DNA from: Candidatus Latescibacterota bacterium
GTDB taxonomy: Bacteria; Latescibacterota; UBA2968
Assembly (NCBI GenBank): GCA_038279365.1
Contig: JAYODI010000023.1
Coordinates: 1 to 64,000 of the forward strand
Length of the DNA stretch: 64,000 nt
Reading direction: 5' to 3'
The position numbers were made by a program, and so were the translations under genes. Shown here piece by piece: positions 50,210 to 61,246 of this stretch; the first letter of the stretch is position 1; each line of letters starts with the position of its first letter. The notes below the pieces were generated by a model. The model worked only from the letters and a program-made list of their open reading frames with translations, was not told the DNA's origin and did not search any database.

Positions 50210-51073
50210 TTAATCTGCAGCCACCGACTCACCCGTAGTCGCTTGAATCGCATGTAAAGTATGTTCAATATTCAAACGAATCTGATCTTCATACTTAGGA
50301 AACATGCCCACCACAACAGCATCTTTGGCTTTGATATTGGCAAAAGCATATTCAAATGCCGCACGCACATCTTCTTGGGTTTGACACCGCCTACTCGCGG
50401 CCAAAATCTTAAACGCCAAACACATTTTATCGGTCTGTTGAATCACGCGAATCATTTTAGGCGGGTCGTCTTCGTGAAATTCTTCCAATGCCCCTTTATT
50501 AAAAGGATCAACCAAAGCACTTTCGCGTTTTTGGCGTTGTAAATTATAAAAACACGTCATATAAAAATCGACATCCCACCCCTTCTCTTCCACATAATCG
50601 AACACTTCAGGAATATGTGAGCCAATGCCTACTTGCACACCGCAATCGCGCATACATTTCAAATAATCTTCGGCCTTATCAATCTCACCATCGAGCCACC
50701 AGTTGTTAACCTTGGTGCCATGCAAATAAATCCCTTCTGCACCCGTCGCTGCAATCACGCGAATATTTGAAAACACATCGTGCATTTCAGAAGCCGTTTG
50801 TGTAATAAACTGCAACTGCCCACCTTCACGCATAAACAACTCTCGCCAATACAAAATGCGATGAAAGTCACCCCGCGCCTGAAGGGTATCAATGCCCGAA
50901 GCTTGCAACTTGTGCAAATATTTCACCACCTCTTCGGCCGTAAAATATTCGCGCATATCTTTGCTCATGTCGGGCGTAAAGTGCGAGTTGCCACACAAAG
51001 GATTACCGCCACTGATCAGGCGTGTCACTTCAATATCCGAATTGCCGAGTTTTACTTTTGGAATCTCGTACAT
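50210..51073 (-). CDS. aldo/keto-reductase-like protein
   Basis: PKVKLG..EVTRLISGGN, AFKILAA. Confidence 0.65.
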   Translation of the reverse strand: MYEIPKVKLGNSDIEVTRLISGGNPLCGNSHFTPDMSKDMREYFTAEEVVKYLHKLQASGIDTLQARGDFHRILYWRELFMREGGQLQFITQTASEMHDVFSNIRVIAATGAEGIYLHGTKVNNWWLDGEIDKAEDYLKCMRDCGVQVGIGSHIPEVFDYVEEKGWDVDFYMTCFYNLQRQKRESALVDPFNKGALEEFHEDDPPKMIRVIQQTDKMCLAFKILAASRRCQTQEDVRAAFEYAFANIKAKDAVVVGMFPKYEDQIRLNIEHTLHAIQATTGESVAAD

Positions 51074-51119
51074 ATCACACTCCTATAGCAGGGTTAAAAT
51101 GACACGCCCGATACATCCA

Positions 51120-52457
51120 CTAATTGCCCTTCACCACTGCCGCCCAATAGCCTTCTTCGTCGGGGGTGACCAATCGGATTTTTCCATCTTTTGCCAAAAT
51201 ATCCACCTCATCTTCGGCCCACATACAATTGCGAATATCGAGCCATTGAATGGTCAAAGGTTGATCGCCCAAAGCAGACACATCCAAAGATATATTGCCC
51301 CCATCGGGAAAAAATACCAAATACGACTCGCCCAAATGCGCTGAACAATACGCCTCATTCACACTGCGTTCACCAATCAAATCCAAACGCGGCTCACTTT
51401 TAAAAATATTGTGCTCCGTCAACGCCATTCGCATCGACTGAATATGCGCCTGTGCAATCTCGCTCAAACCCAACCCCGAGGGGGGGCGATGAAACCGCGT
51501 GCCGGCCATGCCCACCAAAATATTGCGCCAAAACCGCTCTTGCGCATCGCGCGTTGTGCCATAGCGCCCAGTATTGGCACCATAAATTTTTACCGTATTC
51601 ATTGGTCGAATGTGGCCAGAGTCGATAATATATTGCCGTACGGCCAATGGGTTGTCCCAATGCACTTTGCCCACCTGATGATTGTTTTGTGATACATCTA
51701 CAAAATCATAGGTCTCTGGGTGGTCAAATGTGGCCTTATGTTCATCAGCCAACAAATTGTGCGCATCCCACATTTCGGTGGTCATCACCGTCACACCGGC
51801 CTCTTGGGCTTTGGCCTTAATATAATTCGACCAATACTTGCCCCATTCTGGCGATTCATTGGTTTCATTGTCCATACAATACAGCACGTGCTCATACATC
51901 AATGTGACAGACAGCATACGGTCCACTTGTTTTTGCTGATATGCCAACAGCAATTCATTGTTTTCCAATGCAGGCACCGATCTAAAAAACGGATTCTCCT
52001 TGCGACCTGGGTGCAATTCATACGCTTCGGCCAACCCCGATTCTTCACCCGAATAATTGACATTGTTCTTTGGGTTATACGGGTTTACTTCCCAATTATC
52101 TCGCGCAAAATCGAACCGATCCCACATCTCAAATTGTGCCACAATGCCCCGCTCCGACGTCAACTTCATAAAACGATCAAACCGCGCCCAATGGTCAGTG
52201 CCTGGTTTGTTCAAATCGTATAAACCTGTCTGTGTATCTTTTTCGAACCACCAAGCATCTCCCTCATCTCGGCACGACATGGTGCATCGTACATAATTGC
52301 CACCCACCGATGCCAATAAATCCAAATGCGCTTCCAAATCGGCAATCTGATACACATTGTCTTCAACCGTGCCTCCCAACAACAGCACAGGCTCACCTTT
52401 TAATTGCCAATAAAATGTATTCTCTCGATACGGCTGAATATAGTTTTCTGCAGACAC
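51120..52457 (-). CDS. TIM-barrel glycoside hydrolase-like protein (clan GH-A-like) with C-terminal beta domain
   Basis: GGNYVR, YCMDNE, ERFWRN; SD AAAGGAG before the GTG. Confidence 0.65.
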   Translation of the reverse strand: MSAENYIQPYRENTFYWQLKGEPVLLLGGTVEDNVYQIADLEAHLDLLASVGGNYVRCTMSCRDEGDAWWFEKDTQTGLYDLNKPGTDHWARFDRFMKLTSERGIVAQFEMWDRFDFARDNWEVNPYNPKNNVNYSGEESGLAEAYELHPGRKENPFFRSVPALENNELLLAYQQKQVDRMLSVTLMYEHVLYCMDNETNESPEWGKYWSNYIKAKAQEAGVTVMTTEMWDAHNLLADEHKATFDHPETYDFVDVSQNNHQVGKVHWDNPLAVRQYIIDSGHIRPMNTVKIYGANTGRYGTTRDAQERFWRNILVGMAGTRFHRPPSGLGLSEIAQAHIQSMRMALTEHNIFKSEPRLDLIGERSVNEAYCSAHLGESYLVFFPDGGNISLDVSALGDQPLTIQWLDIRNCMWAEDEVDILAKDGKIRLVTPDEEGYWAAVVKGN

Positions 52458-52540
52458 AACCCCCACTCCTTTCAAAATCATTCCCAACCATAAAATTAAA
52501 AACATCCACATAAAAAATAGGTCTCCGAAACGACTGCGCC

Positions 52541-53386
52541 TTATACCGCTTCTTTGCCCAAATGTTCTTGAAGCCACACCTTCAAAGGCACATCCTCATC
52601 GCGCGGTGTGGTATAACCATGCCCTCCTGAATAACTGACACCAAACAGTTGCTTTTGAATGGGCGTGCACTGATCAATAATATGCGCCACATCATGATCA
52701 TCGCGCGGGCGCAACCATCGATAGGAATAACCAAAAAACAAAGCCTTGCGCGGAAAGGGCGCATAGTTCAAACTGCGAGAATGCCAAATGCGTCGGTCAA
52801 ACAAAACTGCCGTCCCGCGCGGAACCTGAATACACAGGGCATCGGGGTGCTCCACGCTTTTATCTTCTGGCAAATCGAGTTTGTTCTTTAAATGACTGCC
52901 CGGAATTACATAAAAATTGCCACAATCATCTCGTGTTGTATCCGAAATAAAAAACGCCATCTTCACCGATACACGCGGGCGTGGGTCCGTCTCAAAGTCT
53001 TGGTTCAACCGCCCGCTGTCTTGGTGCCATTTTAATCGGCCTTCGTCTCTCCCTTTTCGGGGGTCTTCTGTGGGCGTCACGTTAAGATGTGACAAATACA
53101 ACTGAATGTGCCACCCCAATGCCCCCCACACCTTAGGAAATGTTCTTTTCCAAGTGAGCAATTCCAAAAACCGAGGATCTTTGCCTGCAAAATCGCGAAC
53201 GTGCAACAAATCGTGTGGCCCCAATCCCATACGAGGTCGATAGACCATATCGGCACGATCCATAGCATCTTCGATGTTGACAACCTCATCTTCTGTCAAC
53301 GCGTTATCAACAATCAAATACCCATCGCGCTCAAAAGCAAGCTTTTCGGCCTCCGTCATCACATGGTCTAAGCAAGCAGTATCCAT
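52541..53386 (-). CDS. PhyH family dioxygenase
   Basis: WHQD, IPGSH, FDRRIWH, GYSYRWLRP. Confidence 0.88.
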   Translation of the reverse strand: MDTACLDHVMTEAEKLAFERDGYLIVDNALTEDEVVNIEDAMDRADMVYRPRMGLGPHDLLHVRDFAGKDPRFLELLTWKRTFPKVWGALGWHIQLYLSHLNVTPTEDPRKGRDEGRLKWHQDSGRLNQDFETDPRPRVSVKMAFFISDTTRDDCGNFYVIPGSHLKNKLDLPEDKSVEHPDALCIQVPRGTAVLFDRRIWHSRSLNYAPFPRKALFFGYSYRWLRPRDDHDVAHIIDQCTPIQKQLFGVSYSGGHGYTTPRDEDVPLKVWLQEHLGKEAV

Positions 53387-53397
53387 ATATGCTCCTT

Positions 53398-55275
53398 CTA
53401 TTTTGTCAGACGCAAAGTCCACTGACCTTGTTTTTGCAAGTTTTTAACCTGCATAACAATTCGCACAACACGTGACCCCCAAATCTTATGCAATTTCTCA
53501 CCATCCATCAGCGATATCTCTTCGGTTGTCACATCAAAAATATCTGCATCAAAATGAATTTTACCCACACCAGAAACACGTCCATCGGCAAGTGACACTT
53601 CCTTGAAATCCAAAACACCCTTGCCCACAACCACATCACTGGCCGTCATCAAATGCAACGTCAAAGCATCTGCTTTTGTCAATTCATACACATCATCAAT
53701 CTGTACACCTTTGCCACGTTCAAAACCAATGGTGCGCATCCAAGATTTTACGCCCGCCTCCGCGGCATAAGCTTTGGCAATGTTGAGTTGATACCTAACC
53801 CCATTGTCATTGGCATCATAAACCACATCTTTTGCCACAAAAACTTCGCCATCTTGCTGAGACTGTCCATTAATTTGCGGCACATTGTGATAGTCTGAAG
53901 ACATCGTCCATATATCATAACGCTGTGGACTGGCATTTTTGGCGGTATATGGCTCCACACCCGTATCAATAAGCAAAGGTTTGCCGTCTACAAACACCAC
54001 AAAGTTTCCCACATCGTTGTGGTTGTGGCTCTCAAAATTTGACCCACCTTTGGCCGCCACAAAAAACCCATCGGCAAAACCCGCTTTGCTGCGTGTGGCC
54101 ATTACCTGAATATCAGGAAACCAAGCATCCCGTGGCAGTGGTTGTTTTCCCTTGGTGGCCAACAAATCGTTTACACAGAACAAGGCTGGTAACTGACGCG
54201 CCACACTGTCTCCAAACCCTTCTTCAGCTACCTGCTGCTTGTGTGCCAACCAAGAGCCAAAGGCCGTCATCTCCTGATCCCCCACGCGCTTGCCATACCG
54301 ATATATAATAGAAGCAGCAGGTGAAACCAAAGGTGCTGCATCTGCAAAGTTCACATAGTAATCTTCGTGAATATGTAGTTTATAAATAAAACTGCCCATA
54401 TTTTTTAACAAGGGCATATCGTATAAATCAATGCCACTATTTGTTGCAGACTCTAAAATTTCCAAACAATCATACAAAGACGCCGCCGCACGCCCCCAAT
54501 ACCCAGGGCCTTCGTCGCATCCACCATCTTTGGGATACGGTTCTATAAATTGATCCAAAGAACGCATAGACTTTGCTACGCTTTGCACCAAACGACCGCG
54601 ATCTTTTTCTATCAACAATGCCGATTGCAACCAATTGGAATTGATCCACGGGTTCCAATTGTTCACCCTACGTGCACTTTTGCTCAACCCCATCCAGCCA
54701 AAGTCTTCTCGTTGTAGCAACGGCGTCAAAATTCTTCGTTCCACTTCAACAGCTATACGAGGACAAATCAGAGAGGATACCGTGTTCATTTGAGAACCCA
54801 ACAAATACGATGTCCAAGACAACAACGCAGATGTTTCTGCAGCAAATAAATCAACTGTGGGTTCCGTCACATCGGGCAAACCTTTGCCTGCTGCTTGCAA
54901 CCTCAAATGAGCTGGCACCCCCCAATATGTTTCTTCACAAGTGACCCAAATACCGTTGGCAATTTGATCCCAAAATCGCCCTTTACCTTCCACACATTCG
55001 GCCATCACCAAATGAGCCAACGCATTGCGTCTGTCATTGCGCGCTGCCTGATACCGCGTGCGATTTCCCGTTCTGACATGATCCAAAAAGGATATTGCCG
55101 TCAATGAAGGCCAATTAAAATCAAGTGCTTTTTCTCCACGCGCAATGTATGCACTCCGAATACCTTGGGGCAAATCCTCCCATTTATCACGTTCATTTGC
55201 CGTGGGAAAGGGGTGCCACTCAGCCACCAAGATATCATTTAACTTTTCAAAAGAAAACCGTTCGCTTAACATCAT
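53398..55275 (-). CDS. heparinase II/III-family protein
   Basis: NNWNPW, DGGCDEG.GYW, NFAD, ESHNHNDVG, HNVP. Confidence 0.82.
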   Translation of the reverse strand: MMLSERFSFEKLNDILVAEWHPFPTANERDKWEDLPQGIRSAYIARGEKALDFNWPSLTAISFLDHVRTGNRTRYQAARNDRRNALAHLVMAECVEGKGRFWDQIANGIWVTCEETYWGVPAHLRLQAAGKGLPDVTEPTVDLFAAETSALLSWTSYLLGSQMNTVSSLICPRIAVEVERRILTPLLQREDFGWMGLSKSARRVNNWNPWINSNWLQSALLIEKDRGRLVQSVAKSMRSLDQFIEPYPKDGGCDEGPGYWGRAAASLYDCLEILESATNSGIDLYDMPLLKNMGSFIYKLHIHEDYYVNFADAAPLVSPAASIIYRYGKRVGDQEMTAFGSWLAHKQQVAEEGFGDSVARQLPALFCVNDLLATKGKQPLPRDAWFPDIQVMATRSKAGFADGFFVAAKGGSNFESHNHNDVGNFVVFVDGKPLLIDTGVEPYTAKNASPQRYDIWTMSSDYHNVPQINGQSQQDGEVFVAKDVVYDANDNGVRYQLNIAKAYAAEAGVKSWMRTIGFERGKGVQIDDVYELTKADALTLHLMTASDVVVGKGVLDFKEVSLADGRVSGVGKIHFDADIFDVTTEEISLMDGEKLHKIWGSRVVRIVMQVKNLQKQGQWTLRLTK

Positions 55276-55285
55276 CTCATCCTTT

Positions 55286-55733
55286 TTAACGTAAGTAAAT
55301 CGCACAAGGGGCATCCCATTGGGCAAGTGGTTTTTTCAAATCGCTCGTTAACTTCAAATCACTCACCTCGCAATCTACATGTTCACCTGTCCAAATATCC
55401 ATCCAAGTAGCCGTTAAGATGGTAGCCGTGCTTCGCGATCCACCTGAACACGACCATGGTGCGGGTATTTTTTTTGAGGCACACAATCGACAACACAATC
55501 AGCAAATACATTTAATATTGCATCATCAGATGTCGCCACACCTCGCCACATACCTTCAAGCGTTGGACAAAACCGAACGATCCAAATACCATTGCCATCA
55601 TAAAAACCTGCCACTTTTATCTTTGCGCCCACCTCATGAGTAAACGTGATTGAAAGTTGAACCTCTAAAGGATTTGGGTGGTATATACACATTGTAATTT
55701 AAAATCGTGAACATCAAAGCGGGCCACTTTCAC
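55286..55733 (-). pseudogene. frameshifted, internally deleted DUF5060/DUF4038-type gene remnant
   Basis: Fragments MKVARFDVHDF / HPNPLEV..GFYDGNGIWIVRFCPTLEGMW / WMDIWTGE lie in different frames. Confidence 0.65.
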
Positions 55734-55745
55734 AAGACCTGTCTC

Positions 55746-56825
55746 CTAATCGTCTATAATGGCATCCACAAGCATTTTGATATGCTGATTAAAAAGACTG
55801 GTTGCATTTCCCGCATCCAACTTACCCCAATCTCCTTTGGCACTTACCAAAACCAAATTTAGGCTTGGAATCATTACCGCATTATTGCCTCCTGCACCAA
55901 TGCTCATCACCGTATCTTTCGGCGCATCAGGCCACGTTAACTGGTCGGGATGTAACAAACCCGTATTGTTAAACCACCAATTGCATCCATAAATCCCCGC
56001 ACCAAACTTTGTAAAATGTGCAGAACCACCCCCAAAACTTTCAATATTCAAATAGTCGCCCGTATCCTCACCCTCAGACAGAGGCAAATCTTGAGATGTT
56101 AATGGACACATATAGGTGTCAAAATATACCTGAGGCAAAATTTGTTTGCCTTGCCAATTACCCTTTTGAAGCCAAAACCAACTCACCCGCGCAAAGTCTC
56201 TTACCGAAGCTTTGAGCCGAGGTTTGTCTTCGCGAAAATGAATCTCATCTTCAAATTTCAAATTGCCCAAACGGGATCTCAAAACCGCCGTAGCATTTTC
56301 TTGAAAGACTTTTTCAAACAAACTTTTTTGATACAATTGAATGGCAAAATCATTATATGCCCAAGCCTGGCCAGGTTTTTCAGGGCGTGCATATCCACTG
56401 GTCATGTTCATCAAATGTAAAAAGGTCATGTCTTGATCTTTGGGCTTTAAATCCCATCCCAAATCTGCAATACGGTCATCTACGCCCTTAACCAAACCTT
56501 CTTCCATCGCAAAAAACAACAACGTACCAAACAATGGTTTCACCGAAGACATCCAATCACCCAATTCGGAAATGTCGCCCCACTCTTTTACGACATACCC
56601 ATCTTTAATCACACACCCACGCCCTCCCAAATTTTGGGCCAGTTTATCCAACACAACACTCTGCAAACCTTGTTCAATGGGCCTGCGGTGTTCCCACGTC
56701 TTTTCTGGAAATTTGGGTGATTGTGCAAAACAATCGACAAAACCGAAGCCCACAACGACAACAAAAACACATACACTCAGCACCCAATAAACCACATCCA
56801 CAACAACATCCTGGCCTGACACCAT
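55746..56825 (-). CDS. serine hydrolase (beta-lactamase-like), probably exported
   Basis: Hydrophobic N-terminus, SSVK (SxxK), HLMNMTSG, WAYND, IPSLNLV. Confidence 0.82.
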   Translation of the reverse strand: MVSGQDVVVDVVYWVLSVCVFVVVVGFGFVDCFAQSPKFPEKTWEHRRPIEQGLQSVVLDKLAQNLGGRGCVIKDGYVVKEWGDISELGDWMSSVKPLFGTLLFFAMEEGLVKGVDDRIADLGWDLKPKDQDMTFLHLMNMTSGYARPEKPGQAWAYNDFAIQLYQKSLFEKVFQENATAVLRSRLGNLKFEDEIHFREDKPRLKASVRDFARVSWFWLQKGNWQGKQILPQVYFDTYMCPLTSQDLPLSEGEDTGDYLNIESFGGGSAHFTKFGAGIYGCNWWFNNTGLLHPDQLTWPDAPKDTVMSIGAGGNNAVMIPSLNLVLVSAKGDWGKLDAGNATSLFNQHIKMLVDAIIDD

Positions 56826-56830
56826 ATTAC

Positions 56831-57703
56831 CTAACCCTTCCACTCCAAATTAATGCTTGTATATCCATCCGTATACTTTTGAAAGCGTTCTGGCAAGTCA
56901 CGTAAAAACTTCTTTCCCACCTCAGGGATTTCCCACGGCACATCAATCTTGTGATTGCGATCTCGAAACCCAATGGCACAAGAAAGGCGCACCTGTTCTT
57001 CGGCATTGGGAAACGCACCGTGATACGTTCGGTGTGCAAACAAAATCATATCACCAGGGTTCGTAAACAATGGCACCAAACCAGGAATATCAAATCCATT
57101 ATAGGGGCGTGCTTCCGTTCCTTTTGGGTAAAAAGACTTTCGATTCTCCATCAACTCAAAACCTTCAGGCCCTTCCCAATTTTCTACATGCGAATCTTCA
57201 ATGACACACAACCCACCATGAGTGGGTCGTGATCCCCCCAAATAAAACCACTTACCAGAGGGCCACAAACCTCGGTTGAGCACATCGCCCGAGTTTTTAG
57301 GTGGGCCCTTATCAAACCCACACCAATCGGTGTGCCATGTCACTGGTGCTGAACCGTGCTTGCGCATAATGGCCGCCGAACGATGAATCGTTAAATCATC
57401 TGTGCCAATCAAAAACCGATGGATACGCATAAAAGGTTCATAGTCCATCAAGGACCACGCCCCAGGCCCCGATTCTACCCATGCATGTCGCGTGCGGCTC
57501 TCGCCTGGACCCAGTTCACCATTTGGATCGGTTCCATCAATGACAGCCTTACGCAAACCAGCCACAATATCGTCGGGCAACACATCTTTAATAATTGCAA
57601 AGCCGTGTGTGTTCATACAATGTTGCGCCCCTTCCAACTCATCAGTGCCAAACTCATACCGATAATGAAACTGGGGTTTTTGAATGTGTGAATAATCTTC
57701 CAT
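56831..57703 (-). CDS. PhyH family dioxygenase
   Basis: WHTD, DSH, PGDMILF.HRTYH. Confidence 0.82.
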   Translation of the reverse strand: MEDYSHIQKPQFHYRYEFGTDELEGAQHCMNTHGFAIIKDVLPDDIVAGLRKAVIDGTDPNGELGPGESRTRHAWVESGPGAWSLMDYEPFMRIHRFLIGTDDLTIHRSAAIMRKHGSAPVTWHTDWCGFDKGPPKNSGDVLNRGLWPSGKWFYLGGSRPTHGGLCVIEDSHVENWEGPEGFELMENRKSFYPKGTEARPYNGFDIPGLVPLFTNPGDMILFAHRTYHGAFPNAEEQVRLSCAIGFRDRNHKIDVPWEIPEVGKKFLRDLPERFQKYTDGYTSINLEWKG

Positions 57704-57742
57704 TTCTTCCTCCAACAAGTCCAATTATGCCAGCTAAAATCG

Positions 57743-59188
57743 TTAAAAAGTATTGTTCTTTGTCGTAATCGGGCACCAGCGCGAAACAAACAACTGATCC
57801 AGCAAAACCTCTCGTGCCTCCGGGGTGCCAATGCGACGCAGAGCCAATGTCGCATAAAACCTGTTGTAACGGTTTTCGTCATCCAACATGGTTACCAAAT
57901 TAGGTATCGCAAGTGCGCCGACAGCCCCCATTTTAGCCAAGGCCAAGGCCGCATTGCGGCGCACCCGATAATCTTCATCGCCAACAAGGTCTACCAACAC
58001 GTTTACAAATGCATCGGAAGTTATACCTATCATGCTCAATGCCTCAACAGCATTGCGACGCACCCACCAATGTTCATCATGCACAGCCCGTAACAATGCC
58101 GATTCTGCCCCCAAAGCATCTTTGCCCATACGCCCCAATACATTGGCCCCCACAGCCCGTAACCACCAATGTTCATCATCCAATACCTGGACCAACGCAG
58201 GCACAGCCACCTGCCCCATTACCGACAGTGCATGTGCGGCAATGCCAATCGTCGGATTGGTACCATGTGCGTTATCGGCCGTTTTGGCCTCCGTTTCTTC
58301 AAGTGTTGCCAAAGTTTCTGCACGCATCGCATCCATCAAAGCGGGCACCGCAGGCATTCCTATTTCGGCAAGTTGATACGCAACCTGCAACCGAAATGTT
58401 TCCGATCCCTCAGTAAGTTGGGTAATCAAATCCAAAACCCGAGCATCATCCCCATTTTCCCCCACCTGCTTTTTATCCCCACACAGCCAATCCCATACAT
58501 CACGCGAAACATCGGGGTGGGCATCTGCCACCCGCAATGACCACATGCGTTTTTGATGGTGCCACGCAGGTGCCACGGGTTCTTGCATACGCGCAAACTG
58601 AAACTTGAGCATATACCTTTTTTTATCACTCACATTTTCCGTTGCTCTGTGCCAAATATCAAAGTGAACCAGTGCCACTGTTCCTGCTGGCCCACACAAC
58701 TTCAACTCGGTTTCTTTTGTGTTTGCCGGATTGGGGTCACTGATTTGTTTATACATATGCTTGTTAGGTAAAATACCCGTAGGTCCCATATCTTCCGTTG
58801 TATCTTGTGGATAATAAAATCCCAAAATCCAATAAAACCTTGGATGACGCAAATTATGATCGTACACATAACAGTCTTTGTGCCAACTTTGTCCTTTTCG
58901 TCCCGGCGGATTTAAATGACAATGTCGATGTGGATTCATGATATATCCAGGCCCCAACAAACTGGTCAATGCGCCCTTCACATTGGGGTGTTCATACACT
59001 TGCCCAATCTTGGGAATACGGGGCAAAATATTATTGCCCAAATTCCCTTCTTCTTCAAAAACCGTTTCAATTTGTCCATACACATCTTCATGAAACGGCT
59101 TTGGATAGTCGGCCTGAACGGTCAAATAACCATCCACAATAAACTGCTGAACCTGTTCATCACTTAACAAATTCAGTTGATCTGCCAT
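57743..59188 (-). CDS. PhyH dioxygenase fused to HEAT repeats
   Basis: WHKD, HFDIWH; C-terminal VPAL..L.D..WWVR..A..AL repeats. Confidence 0.85.
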   Translation of the reverse strand: MADQLNLLSDEQVQQFIVDGYLTVQADYPKPFHEDVYGQIETVFEEEGNLGNNILPRIPKIGQVYEHPNVKGALTSLLGPGYIMNPHRHCHLNPPGRKGQSWHKDCYVYDHNLRHPRFYWILGFYYPQDTTEDMGPTGILPNKHMYKQISDPNPANTKETELKLCGPAGTVALVHFDIWHRATENVSDKKRYMLKFQFARMQEPVAPAWHHQKRMWSLRVADAHPDVSRDVWDWLCGDKKQVGENGDDARVLDLITQLTEGSETFRLQVAYQLAEIGMPAVPALMDAMRAETLATLEETEAKTADNAHGTNPTIGIAAHALSVMGQVAVPALVQVLDDEHWWLRAVGANVLGRMGKDALGAESALLRAVHDEHWWVRRNAVEALSMIGITSDAFVNVLVDLVGDEDYRVRRNAALALAKMGAVGALAIPNLVTMLDDENRYNRFYATLALRRIGTPEAREVLLDQLFVSRWCPITTKNNTF

Positions 59189-59209
59189 ATAAACCTCACC
59201 TATTTTCAC

Positions 59210-61168
59210 TTACCAAGAATGGGTGCCATGACCTTGTCCGGGAAACCAAATTTGATCTACAAAAAATGAAACCAAAATGCCCAATGCATACCCAACAACC
59301 AAACCTAAGAAAAACGGCCGAGTACGACGGTAAAAAGCAACCCCACCAATACGCAAAATAATCAGCTTAATGCCCCACGACAAAAAGATAGTAAAAATCG
59401 AATGAATCGCATGTGTTAAAGGCACCACCATACCAATGGGCGAAAGTGGCCACCACGCAAACCGATATCGCATAAAACTAACAGCCGCAAACGTGAGTGC
59501 ACCCAAAAGTAAAAAATAATATCGTTCCGTTTCCCATGCGACTTCCGATCGAAGTGCCTTCACCAAACCGTCATATGCCCCTGGCGGATATCGGGTAAAC
59601 GGATAATCGTTAAAATTATAAGCCCCATATGTATACCCCAAATAAAGCGTATACACAACAGCCACACCAATACCCACCACAATGGTCAATATAATTCCCA
59701 ACGTCAAACGTTTGCGATGGGATTGTACCATCTCCCCAATTTTTGCAGCATGAACCAAGGGAGGCAAAAAGATGCCTTTGCCCTGAGCCGAAATGGCATT
59801 CACAATCGTCAAGGCAGTCTGGGTGGGTGGCTCAAATGAATTGGGTCCACCAAACAAAAAGGGCAAAATGCCAGGCCCACTCATCGACATGCTGTAATAC
59901 ACCACCCCCGTTTCGGCAATCACCCGCGCCACACCAAGGTAAGACATAAACAAACCCAATGTAAGCACAAACGATACCATCCACGTAATGCCAATAGCAT
60001 GTAACCATGCAATCATAAACACCAAACTAAAAAGAAACCCAAAAGTACAAAACCGATACGACAACATCTCATCGCTGTCATCTACATCATACGAAGGATT
60101 AAATGCTTTTCGAAACACATCGCGCAAATGATGCCGCGCCATCCACAACCCCCACAGCACCAGCATCAAAAACGCCCCTCCCGCTTGTAATGACGCCGTT
60201 GCATCACTTTTGGTATCGCCCCGACTGCTTAAGTTGATGCCCAATCGGCGATAAATTGAAATCTGGGTGCAATAAAACAAATAAAACACCCAAATAGAGA
60301 ACAGCACATCTAAGTTTGCAAAATAAGCAAATCCCATCGTATAAAGATTGAGCGAAATATGAATATGTGGGAAATAAGTCCCCATGGGCATCCACCCACG
60401 ATAAAGCGAAATGCGTGGAAACCCCGGCGAAAAATAGCTGATCATATTAAACGAAAAAATGAAAAAAGGAATGGCCACACCAAACCAAAACAAATGATTC
60501 TTAAACAATGAAACTTTGTCTTCTGTCTGCGCCAAATCCATGGCCGGTTGCAAAATAGGATAGGCCAACCGCTCATACTCCGACCACTGCCGTCGCAACA
60601 TCACAGACAAACAAATAGAACCCAACGCAATCGCACCAATAAACAACATCCACCCCATCAACGGCCCGACCCACATCGCCCAAGGGATGGGCATATCGGC
60701 ATTGGGCAATCCTTCAAACAAATACTGCATGGCCCCCCCCTCATTGGACGGGATCAACCACGTGGGCAAATACTGATGAAAATAAGAGGCCCATTGATTT
60801 TCGGGTGTGGCCAAATAGTAGGGAATTGCAATGAGACCCAAAAAGTAACTGGTAAGCCCATAGGCCGGAATGGCAGCCCCCACAAGCCCCATTGCCAGCA
60901 TCGCCAACAACTCGGGTGCCGACAATGCCCAAGACACCTGATAGCGTCGCAAAATGCCATTCACAAGCGCAAGCGTTGCATAAGGCGCAAAAATCGATAT
61001 CGGAAAGTGTGTGATATTGATACGCCCCGTATGTGCTATATACTCCACATAGGTGTTCCAAATAATTGTCAACAAAGCCAATCCCAAACCCAATATCAGG
61101 GATCGTATTGTCACACCTTGCAATGCCACTTTGGGCTGACTCTCTGACCAAGATTCTTGAATCGCCAT
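59210..61168 (-). CDS. large polytopic membrane protein (DUF6785/DUF6784-like, putative transporter)
   Basis: RRQW...ERLAYP, WMARHHL, ARVIAETG, WWPLSPIG, PFFLGL. Confidence 0.7.
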   Translation of the reverse strand: MAIQESWSESQPKVALQGVTIRSLILGLGLALLTIIWNTYVEYIAHTGRINITHFPISIFAPYATLALVNGILRRYQVSWALSAPELLAMLAMGLVGAAIPAYGLTSYFLGLIAIPYYLATPENQWASYFHQYLPTWLIPSNEGGAMQYLFEGLPNADMPIPWAMWVGPLMGWMLFIGAIALGSICLSVMLRRQWSEYERLAYPILQPAMDLAQTEDKVSLFKNHLFWFGVAIPFFIFSFNMISYFSPGFPRISLYRGWMPMGTYFPHIHISLNLYTMGFAYFANLDVLFSIWVFYLFYCTQISIYRRLGINLSSRGDTKSDATASLQAGGAFLMLVLWGLWMARHHLRDVFRKAFNPSYDVDDSDEMLSYRFCTFGFLFSLVFMIAWLHAIGITWMVSFVLTLGLFMSYLGVARVIAETGVVYYSMSMSGPGILPFLFGGPNSFEPPTQTALTIVNAISAQGKGIFLPPLVHAAKIGEMVQSHRKRLTLGIILTIVVGIGVAVVYTLYLGYTYGAYNFNDYPFTRYPPGAYDGLVKALRSEVAWETERYYFLLLGALTFAAVSFMRYRFAWWPLSPIGMVVPLTHAIHSIFTIFLSWGIKLIILRIGGVAFYRRTRPFFLGLVVGYALGILVSFFVDQIWFPGQGHGTHSW

Positions 61169-61204
61169 ATCACACTCTCAATTTTTATGATGCTTTGATC
61201 GATA

Positions 61205-61238
61205 AAAACCCGCCACATCCCCATATGATGTGGCGGGC
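61205..61238 (-). terminator. terminator
   Basis: CCCGCCACATC/GATGTGGCGGG hairpin with a T-tract on the minus strand. Confidence 0.75.
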
Positions 61239-61246
61239 ATTCAAAT

